This document shows positions 15,646 to 23,054 of a DNA stretch of 32,000 nucleotides, in pieces. Position numbers and translations under genes: made by a program. The notes beneath the pieces were generated by a model. It was given only the letters and a program-made list of their open reading frames with translations, was not told the origin of the DNA and made no database searches. Where the stretch lies: positions 100,793 through 132,792 of the forward strand of contig JAHHIB010000008.1 in assembly GCA_019359075.1 (NCBI GenBank), written 5' to 3'. Each line of letters opens with the position of its first letter. Within the stretch, counting starts at the first letter, position 1. The stretch is from Kalymmatonema hyalinum WJT4-NPBG1 (lineage in GTDB: Bacteria; Cyanobacteriota; Cyanobacteriia; Cyanobacteriales; Nostocaceae).

Positions 15646-17784
15646 TTGCAGCAAAATGACCGTGTGGCAATAGCCGCTATTGCTGGTATGGGTGGAGTGG
15701 GGAAAACAGAACTAGCGCTGCAATATGCGATTGCACACCGCGAAAGTTACCAAGGTGGTGTTTGTTGGTTGCTGGCGTTACAAGATGTGGGGTTGCAGAT
15801 TGTGCAATTTGCTCGTATACAACTGCAATTAAATCCACCAGAGGATTTTGATTTACAGGCGCAAGTCGCATACTGCTGGCGAAACTGGCGTGAAGGTGAA
15901 GTGCTGTTAGTGTTAGATAACGTTACCGACTACAAACAAGTCAAGCCTTATCTCGAGACGTCATCGTCTCGGTTTAAAGTGTTGATGACAACGCGTCAAC
16001 GCTTAGGCGCATCAATCGCACAATTGTCCTTAGATGTGCTGCAACCAGAAGCGGCGCTGGAGTTATTACGAACACTCATCGGTGCAGAACGGGTTGATGA
16101 AGAAATTTCACAAGCAACGTCTCTGTGTGAGTGGTTGGGATATTTACCTTTGGGGTTAGAATTAGTCGGGCGGTATTTGGCACGGAAAGAGGATTTGTCC
16201 CTAGAAGAAATGTTGCAGAGGTTGGAGAAAAAGAAACTAGAACAACCTGCTCTTCTTAAGCCCAAGTCTGAGGACGACATGACAGCACAACTGGGTGTGC
16301 AAGCAGCGTTTGAGTTGAGTTGGCAGGAATTAAACAACACCGATAAGCAACTGGCGTGTTTACTGAGTTTATTTGCCCCTGCACCGATACCTTGGCAGTT
16401 GGTAGAACAGTGCTTACCCGATGTAGATGCAGAGGAAATAGAAGAAAGTCGGGATGATAAGCTGCTGAATTTGCATTTGCTACAGCGTAAGGAAAAGGGA
16501 ATTTATCAACTGCATCCACTGTTGCGGGAATTTTTTCAAATGAAGCTGGAAGAGTTAGAGAAAGCAGATGTAATGAAACGCGCTTTTGCCACAGCAGTGA
16601 TAGCAGTTGCCAAGTATATTCCTGAAACCCCTAACCGTGAGGAAATCAAAGCTGTGAGCACTGCTATGCCTCATATGGCAGAGGTAGCAAACAACCTCAC
16701 GACCTATCTCAATGATAAGGATATAATTTCACCTTTCTTGAGTTTGGGTCGATTCTACCAAGGTCAGGGGTTTTATGAACAGGCAGAACCTTGGTATAAG
16801 AAGTGTCTAGAAGTCACTAAAAAGCGCCTGGGGGAGGAACATCGCGATATCGCACCAACTTGGAATAATCTGGCTTATCTCTACAATTCACAAGGACGAT
16901 ACGCAGAAGCTGAACCCCTTTACTTGCAAGCTTTGGAACTGAGGCGATGCTTGCTGGGAGAAGAGCATCCCGATGTCGCTCTAAGTCTTAACAACCTGGC
17001 TTATCTCTACGATTCTCAAGGAAGATACGCAGAAGCTGAACCCCTCTACTTGCAAGCTTTGGAACTAAGACAACGCTTGCTGGGAGAAGAACATCCCGAT
17101 GTCGCCACTAGTCTCAATAACCTGGCAGGACTCTACAATTCACAAGGACGATACGCAGAAGCTGAACCCCTCTACCTCCAAGCATTAAAACTAATCCGAC
17201 GCTTGCTAGGAGAAGAACATCCCCATTTCGCCACTAGTCTCAACAACCTGGCGGCAATCTACAATTCCCAAGGACGATACGCAGAAGCTGAACCCCTCTA
17301 CCTGCAAGCTTTGGAACTGACGCGACGCCTGCTAGGAGAAGAACATCCTCATTTCGCCAGTAAGCTCAACAACCTGGCGGCAATCTACAATTCCCAAGGA
17401 CGATACGCAGAAGCTGAACTCCTATTCCAACAAGCTTTGCAACTAATGCGACGCCTGTTGGGAGAAGAACATCCTCATTTCGCCACTAACCTCAACAACC
17501 TGGCGGGAGTCTACTATGTACAAAGACGGTACAAAGAAGCTGAACCTCTGTTACAACAAGCTTTGCAACTAAGGCGACGCCTGCTAGGAGAAGAACATCC
17601 CGATGTTGCCAGTAACCTCAACAATTTAGCAGGATTATACCAATTCCAAGGACGTTATAGCGAAGCTGAGCCATTGTATAAACAAGCTTTGGAGATTTCT
17701 GAGCGCAGCTTAGGGATAGGTAATCCGTTAACAATAATGATTCGGAGAAATTATGCAAATTGCTTGAGGCGGGGATATCGTTGA
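15646..17784 (+). CDS. NB-ARC (STAND) NTPase with about 8 C-terminal TPR repeats; start uncertain (TTG 15646), likely 5'-truncated by the TGA at 15517
   Basis: Walker [18 protein letters not shown]; Walker B VLLVLDNV; then MTTR and a [10 protein letters not shown] (GxP) motif. The tail holds 42-aa TPR_12-type repeats ([38 protein letters not shown]). There is no in-frame ATG between the upstream stop and the P-loop. Confidence 0.85.
   Translation: [712 protein letters not shown]
16830..17700 (+). repeat. Intragenic 126-bp tandem repeats encoding the TPR units
   Basis: caaggacgatacgcagaagctgaac recurs at 16891, 17143, 17269 and 17395, with a close variant at 17017. The spacing is exactly 126 bp. 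Confidence 0.85.
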
Positions 17785-17890
17785 TGCTTCAATAACCAAA
17801 ATCATACTAGAGAAATGAACTTCTGAGCCTCAACGCCGAAGTTCTAAACTCGGACTTTGTACTTTTGAAGCTGAAGCCCCGAGTTCAGAA

Positions 17891-17973
17891 GCGCAAGTTT
17901 CAAGTTCCAACCACGAAGTTCCGAGTTCCAAACTTGAAGTTTCGAGTTCCAAGCACGAAGTTCCGAGTTCTGA
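17891..17973. repeat. About four tandem copies of a 21-bp unit built from AAGTTCC/GAGTTCC heptamers
   Basis: ccacgaagttccgagttccaa (17911) / acttgaagtttcgagttccaa (17932) / gcacgaagttccgagttctga (17953), plus a degenerate copy at 17891. The 60-aa ORF 17865-18047 is a by-product. Confidence 0.75.
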
Positions 17974-18150
17974 GGTTGAATGATGATGTTACACAGGCGA
18001 TCGCCCACCTAAAACTATCAAACCATCAAAAGCGATCGCTCTATTGATGCTATTGATGCTACGCGATCGCCTTCTCAATATCTGTGCATCTTAATTTCTT
18101 GGCGTTCTAGCCTTCGGCACGCCGCTTTGCGTCTAAGGCGTCTTGGCGGT

Positions 18151-18957
18151 TCAAATCTTCACCTTCTCCACAAACGGAGTAAAAATCGGAATCAATTCTT
18201 TTCGACTGACAACTAAAGTCGGGAAAGAACGAGTCGTATAATCTTCCCCTGGTATCAAAGGAAACGGTTCCGACTTTAACGATACCCAGCTTCCCCCAGC
18301 AGCTTGGACAATCACCCAAGCAGCCGCTATATCCCAAACTTTTGGTGTAGCTTCGACACCACCTAATGTTGCGCCAGCAGCAGTCGTCAGGAAATTATAG
18401 CTAGCAACTCCCAGCATCCGAATTTTGCAGGGAAAGTCTTTCTGTATCGCTGCGGTGCTACGGGAACAGAGGTTGAAGAAGTGGTTCCCACTTGGATCGT
18501 CATTACTGGTATAAATAGGACGTCGATCGCAAAAAGCTCCTGTTGGTGCTTCTAACTCAGGTATACCTCCCCAGTAGCCGTGAAAAGCTTGATTCAATGG
18601 CGGCACGTAGACATAGCCAAAAACTGGTGTGCCTTGATACAGCAAACCAAGGGAAATCGACCAAATGGGAATCCCACGAGTAAAGTTAGTTGTACCGTCC
18701 AAGGGGTCAATCACCCAGCACCATTCGGTACCAGGAAAAACCTTGTCGCCTTCTTCACTCAAGATACCGTAACCAGCGAAAGTAGATGCTATGGCGTCCC
18801 GTATTTCCTGATCCGCCCATTTATCTGCTTGCGTTACCAAAGTGCCATCAGCTTTTTGTAACGCTTGCACTTGCCCAAAATCTTGCATTAACTGGTTTCC
18901 CACTCTTGCGGTAGTGGTTTGGGCAAAATCGAGAATCGTTGTCCAAAATTCAGTCAT
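18151..18957 (-). CDS. Inositol monophosphatase family protein (IMPase/SuhB/CysQ-like)
   Basis: ILSEEG (metal-binding Glu) and WVIDPLDGTTNF (IMPase signature). Start set at MTEFWTT (ATG 18957). The 16 extra codons in the track ORF fall inside a heptamer repeat. Confidence 0.85.
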   Translation of the reverse strand: MTEFWTTILDFAQTTTARVGNQLMQDFGQVQALQKADGTLVTQADKWADQEIRDAIASTFAGYGILSEEGDKVFPGTEWCWVIDPLDGTTNFTRGIPIWSISLGLLYQGTPVFGYVYVPPLNQAFHGYWGGIPELEAPTGAFCDRRPIYTSNDDPSGNHFFNLCSRSTAAIQKDFPCKIRMLGVASYNFLTTAAGATLGGVEATPKVWDIAAAWVIVQAAGGSWVSLKSEPFPLIPGEDYTTRSFPTLVVSRKELIPIFTPFVEKVKI

Positions 18958-18959
18958 TT

Positions 18960-19002
18960 GAGGGATAGGGAATGAGGAATAGGGAATGAGGAATAGGGAA
19001 TG
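18960..19002. repeat. STRR-like tandem repeat, 14-mer AGGGAATGAGGAAT x about 3
   Basis: Copies at 18967-18980 and 18981-18994, with a partial copy at 18995-19002 and another before 18967. It lies directly 5' of the IMPase start on the minus strand. Confidence 0.8.
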
Positions 19003-19077
19003 CATAAAAAGACCAGTTCCCTAATTTCAATTCCCATTTCTCAATTATTATTGAGGATTTGAAGCAAACGAATATTT

Positions 19078-20511
19078 TTAATCTAATTCGCTTTGCAAAA
19101 TAGATGCAATCGCCTGCTTGGCATTTGTCTGAAACTCTCTCACATTCACGCGGTTAAGGAACCAAATCGCCAGCAGCATTAATGCGGCTTCTAAGGCAAA
19201 CACCAGTCCATAGGCTAGCACCAAGTTGGGCAGCACCTTACGTCCGACATCCAAGATCGCACCACCTGCAGCCACAGCCGTTCCTCTCGCTAGAGATTGC
19301 GCTAGTCCCCAAGCACCAATGAACGTTCCTGAGGTTTCAGGTGCTGTAAGATCCAGCATCAAGGTGATTGCGGCAGTCGTTAGAATACCAGTTGCTAAAC
19401 CGAACAATACCAAACCCAGCTTGAGTAACGCTGGATTAGCAGAAAATCCTGATATCCCAAGTAATCCTGCACAGAGTGCCACTAACATACAACCAAGGCG
19501 TATAGTTCTTTGCTTACCTAAACGCGGCACAATCAAAAAGCCCCCGACACCATACGCAATCAGTATACCTGTGCCGTAAAAAACATTCAGTTTAGTACTT
19601 TCTGCTAGAGGCATCCGAAAGACCTGACCCGCATAAGGTTCTAAAATAGGGTCTTGCATAAATAAGCCCAGCGACATCACCACTAAAAAGGTGAAAAATA
19701 TACCTGTTTGCGGGCTAGCTGTTAGTATTCGCCAAGCTGCGCCAAGGGTAATGCTGTCTTCTCGGTTGATGACTGTGGAACGAGTGGTGTACTGAGAATA
19801 CTTTTTTTCTACGCCAAACGTCGCTATAATCGCCAAGGCAAATACAATCGCTGGTACGATGAGAAACAGCCGATTGACTGATGCTTGTAATGTCGCTGTT
19901 GTTGCCTCGGGTGTTAATTGCTTGAGCAAACTGGAACTGATAATTGCCCCGACAATAATCCCCACCATCAGCATCGACCAAACAACACCGACAACTTTGG
20001 AACGGTTGTCTTCTTCAGAGATATCTACCAACAAAGCGGCAAAGGCAGTACTGCTTGCACAAATTGCCAAACCGTATAAAGCGAAAACCAAAGCTAGAAG
20101 AGCAATCCAGCTCATTGTTTGGGTTGTCCATGCCCAGCCACCAGCACTGCTGACGACAGTGTTCAGTTGCCACAACACTTGCACAGCTAAAAATGAGGCT
20201 ACAGCAAATACCGCAGCTCCCACCCAAACATAAGCCGTGCGGTGGTAGCCCCATATCGGCTTGGCATCGGACATTTGACCAAACCAAACGCGAGAAGGAG
20301 AAACAAATAACTGTATTGCTAGCACTGCCCCTACCAGCGTCGCCGGAATGGCTATTTCCTGAATCATGACTCTGTTGAGCACCCCCAGAGTCAGGATAGA
20401 CATCATAGCCAGCCCCATCTGAAATAAGCCAAGCCGAAACATGGTCAACACATTAACCTTTGGCATCGCCAGGGAACTTCCGTGGGAATCAATGAAATCT
20501 CCGCTTGCCAT
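19078..20511 (-). CDS. MFS transporter of the PucC/LhaA (BCD) family
   Basis: 477 aa, about 12 TM. The N-terminus FRLGLFQMGLAMMSILTLGVLNRVMIQEIAIPATLVG matches the characteristic PucC/BCD-family opening. The alternative start is Met16 (20466). Confidence 0.7.
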   Translation of the reverse strand: MASGDFIDSHGSSLAMPKVNVLTMFRLGLFQMGLAMMSILTLGVLNRVMIQEIAIPATLVGAVLAIQLFVSPSRVWFGQMSDAKPIWGYHRTAYVWVGAAVFAVASFLAVQVLWQLNTVVSSAGGWAWTTQTMSWIALLALVFALYGLAICASSTAFAALLVDISEEDNRSKVVGVVWSMLMVGIIVGAIISSSLLKQLTPEATTATLQASVNRLFLIVPAIVFALAIIATFGVEKKYSQYTTRSTVINREDSITLGAAWRILTASPQTGIFFTFLVVMSLGLFMQDPILEPYAGQVFRMPLAESTKLNVFYGTGILIAYGVGGFLIVPRLGKQRTIRLGCMLVALCAGLLGISGFSANPALLKLGLVLFGLATGILTTAAITLMLDLTAPETSGTFIGAWGLAQSLARGTAVAAGGAILDVGRKVLPNLVLAYGLVFALEAALMLLAIWFLNRVNVREFQTNAKQAIASILQSELD

Positions 20512-20756
20512 AACTACTTTCTCACATGGAATATATAATTTTATTTTTCATCGGTTTTATAACCAAGATAAACCTTGTGAGGGAAGATTCAGTTAACAGC
20601 GACTAAGCAGGTGAGCGCAGATAAACCGAACTACGTGACAAAAGATCATTTAGAATTCACAACGCATCATTTGTCTACACTCTGAGAGATATTTTGAGAA
20701 AAGTTTTACAATACACTGAAAAGTAAAGAATTGTAAAGAAATTTAATGTTGTAAAC

Positions 20757-21704
20757 GTGGAAACTATCACACTAGGGCAAAATGGTCCGGCTGTTACACC
20801 CCTTTGCATTGGAACTTGGGCATGGGGTGATAAGCTCTTTTGGAATTATGGCAATAACTACGGTGCAGATCAATTGCAAGCGGCTTTTACAGCAGCTTTG
20901 GAGGTTGGTGTCACCTTCTTTGATACCGCTGAAATTTACGGATTTGGACTTTCAGAGGAATTTTTGGGGCAATTCTTAAAGAAAACCGACAAACAGGTGC
21001 AGATTGCAACCAAATACGGTCCAGTTCCCTGGCGATTTCTGGGTCAGTCTGTCGCCGATGCCCTCACAGATAGTCTCAAACGCCTACAATTAGAGCGAGT
21101 TGCTTTGTATCAAGTGCATTGGCCCTTTACCTTCTTTATGAGCCAAGAAACCTTGATGAATGCTCTTGCAGATGAGGTGAAGCGCGGCAGAATTGAAGCA
21201 GTCGGTGTGAGTAATTACTCGGCACAGCAAATGCGGGAAGCGCACCAAATACTAGCTGCGCGTGGAGTCCCTTTGGCTGTGAATCAAGTACGTTATTCTT
21301 TGCTGACTCGCCAGATTGAAAGTAATGGTATTCTCGAAACAGCCCGTGAATTAGGTGTAACAATCTTGGCGTATAGTCCTTTGGCGCAGGGTTTACTGAC
21401 TGGCAAATACACTGCTGATAGCGCCAACACCCCTAAAGATGGCAGAAGGATAGACTCCCGTTTTAGTAAAGAAGGCTTGCAGAAACTTGAGCCTGTGATA
21501 TCTTTGCTACGCCAGTTAGGAGACAAGCACGATCGCACACCAGCCCAAGTTGCCTTGAGGTGGTTAATTGATCAAGGAAACATCATTCCTATTGCTGGGG
21601 CGAAAACTGCCGAACAGGTAAAACAGAATGCAGGCGCTTTGGGTTGGAGATTGGGCGATGATGAGATTAAGCAGTTAGACGAAGTGAGTCGTCCTTACAA
21701 CTAA
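20757..21704 (+). CDS. Aldo/keto reductase
   Basis: 315 aa, GTG start. LGQNGPAVTPLCIGTWAWG...FFDTAEIYG...ATKYGP...ALYQVHWP...VGVSNY...IPIAGAKT covers the AKR catalytic and cofactor motifs (D, Y, K, H positions plausible). Confidence 0.9.
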   Translation: METITLGQNGPAVTPLCIGTWAWGDKLFWNYGNNYGADQLQAAFTAALEVGVTFFDTAEIYGFGLSEEFLGQFLKKTDKQVQIATKYGPVPWRFLGQSVADALTDSLKRLQLERVALYQVHWPFTFFMSQETLMNALADEVKRGRIEAVGVSNYSAQQMREAHQILAARGVPLAVNQVRYSLLTRQIESNGILETARELGVTILAYSPLAQGLLTGKYTADSANTPKDGRRIDSRFSKEGLQKLEPVISLLRQLGDKHDRTPAQVALRWLIDQGNIIPIAGAKTAEQVKQNAGALGWRLGDDEIKQLDEVSRPYN

Positions 21705-21713
21705 AAAGAACTA

Positions 21714-21757
21714 AGTAAAAAGTTAAAAAAATTATTTCTTTGTTTTAACTTTTTACT
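21714..21757. terminator. AT-rich perfect 15-bp inverted repeat between convergent genes (candidate bidirectional terminator)
   Basis: AGTAAAAAGTTAAAA (21714-21728) / TTTTAACTTTTTACT (21743-21757), flanked by A/T runs. It sits between the AKR stop (21704) and the KaiB-like stop (21769). Confidence 0.5.
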
Positions 21758-21768
21758 TTTCACTTGAT

Positions 21769-22530
21769 TTACGAGTTCTCCTGACCTGCTAACATTTGTA
21801 AGATTTTTTCTACATTATCCAAATTCCCAGCAATTCTCCGTATAGGCTGAGGCCAAACTTTAACGAGGGTGGGAGTTGCAGAAACTTGATCGGATTCTGC
21901 TTGTTCTGGATTCGTTAATACGTCAATGACTTTCAGAGTATAAGGGTTGCCAAGATATTTTTCTAAAAGTTCGTGTAAATTTTTTAAAATGCGTTCAGTG
22001 GCAGCACTATGTCCTGCAACAAATAAGCGGAGAACATAGCCCTTTGTTTTTGATTGAGGTTGTTGTGCGGATGTGACTGGTTGATAGTACGAAGGAGTTG
22101 GATCACTAAGATCGAGCCGCATAACTAAGTCGTGATCTTCCCAAAGCTGGGGAAATCTGGAGCGATATGTTGTTAATACCAGGCGATCGCACAACCCCTC
22201 CTGCCAAGGTGCAGATTGCCATGCTAGCTCCCCTGTACCAAAAATAGCGTTAAGGACTGCTTGATGTCGCATGACTGCCGGATAAGCTTCGGCAAAAGTC
22301 TGGATTTGTTGGGTGCGCGGATTTAACCAATGGTCTATAGTCGCTGTGTAGCATGGTACTAAAAAGTGAGGCGGTTCTGGTAAGTCTAGGATTTCCTGCA
22401 ATATAGCGCACAAATGTAAATGCCATCGACCTTGCTTACTGGGGTCGATACAGTAAATTAAATCTCCTCCAGGTGTAAACAGCGCAATGCCTTTAAACAG
22501 TTGGGGTAGAGGTGGTTTGTCAGGTGTCAA
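21769..22530 (-). CDS. Long KaiB-family protein: about 155-aa N-terminal extension plus C-terminal KaiB (thioredoxin-like) domain
   Basis: C-terminus YVLRLFVAGHSAATERILKNLHELLEKYLGNPYTLKVIDVLTNPEQAESDQVSATPTLVKVWPQPIRRIAGNLDNVEKIL aligns with canonical KaiB (YVLKLYVAGNTPNS...[24 protein letters not shown]...P.P.R.IIGDLS). The only available start is TTG at 22530. Confidence 0.8.
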   Translation of the reverse strand: MTPDKPPLPQLFKGIALFTPGGDLIYCIDPSKQGRWHLHLCAILQEILDLPEPPHFLVPCYTATIDHWLNPRTQQIQTFAEAYPAVMRHQAVLNAIFGTGELAWQSAPWQEGLCDRLVLTTYRSRFPQLWEDHDLVMRLDLSDPTPSYYQPVTSAQQPQSKTKGYVLRLFVAGHSAATERILKNLHELLEKYLGNPYTLKVIDVLTNPEQAESDQVSATPTLVKVWPQPIRRIAGNLDNVEKILQMLAGQENS

Positions 22531-22548
22531 GGGCGTGTTAGGAGAAAA

Positions 22549-22602
22549 TTATGAATTATATATTATGAATTATGAAATTTTTTATCATTCATAATTCATA
22601 AT
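22549..22602. repeat. ATGAATT heptamer repeats forming a 15-bp perfect inverted repeat
   Basis: ATTATGAATTATGAA (22562-22576), an 11-nt loop, TTCATAATTCATAAT (22588-22602), plus an extra TTATGAATTAT copy at 22549. It lies 32-72 nt upstream of the KaiB-like start. Confidence 0.75.
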
Positions 22603-22884
22603 TTACAATTCTCAACGCTTAAACTCTACTGTGTCAATATGGTTGTCCAGGGTTTTGGAGAAGGACAATGTGCGTGCGAACTAGCTGTCCGACTCGTTAG
22701 CGCAAGGTGTTATTGAACCTTTCAATATAGCTTGTCTTACCACTATCTTTGCTCACTGGTTGATGTCGTTTGCTGGGTAAAACCTGTTCGTACGCTTCCC
22801 AAAAATATGTGTAAAAAATTGCACATTGGCGAGAGACAGGTGGTAGAGATTGCCATAACTGTTTTGGCGCTCACAAATGATCGC

Positions 22885-22931
22885 GATCGCACACTATCCC
22901 CACCGCATGGCGGATGGGATAGTGTGCGATC
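22885..22931. other. Strong 20-bp stem-loop containing a HIP1 site, in the 524-bp divergent intergenic region
   Basis: GATCGCACACTATCCC (22885-22900) pairs perfectly with GGGATAGTGTGCGATC (22916-22931). The inner stem is CCGC-atg-GCGG. No U-run follows on either strand. Confidence 0.6.
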
Positions 22932-23054
22932 ATAGGTTAAAATCAAAATAAATATAAAATCATAAAATCTCTATCTCGCCGCTAGGCATACTTGCATAAA
23001 CTACCCACCACTGAGAGCCGTAGCGTTTCACTGGTAGTCACCTCGAGGTTTTAG

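Noticed and set aside
17865-18047. 60-aa ORF MKLKPRVQKRKFQVPTTKFRVPNLKFRVPSTKFRV...
   Set aside because: Its periodic KFRVP sequence is simply the translation of the 21-bp tandem repeat. It has no start context.
18098-18160. tRNA-like T-loop string GGTTCAAATC near 18146.
   Set aside because: The flanks cannot form a T-stem (GGCGG versus CTTCA) or an acceptor stem. The string overlaps the stop of the IMPase gene.
20512-20756. NtcA-type site (GTA-N8-TAC) or other recognisable operator in the divergent MFS/AKR promoter region.
   Set aside because: GTA-N8 strings are present (for example GTAAAGAATTGTAA), but none ends in TAC. No call is supported.
22732-22946. Mirror-image 67-aa ORFs on both strands (22732-22935 +, 22743-22946 -).
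   Set aside because: The + ORF needs a TTG start. Neither has an RBS or a motif. Both end in or around the 22885-22931 palindrome, so they are treated as chance stop-free frames. The region is kept as a non-coding finding instead.
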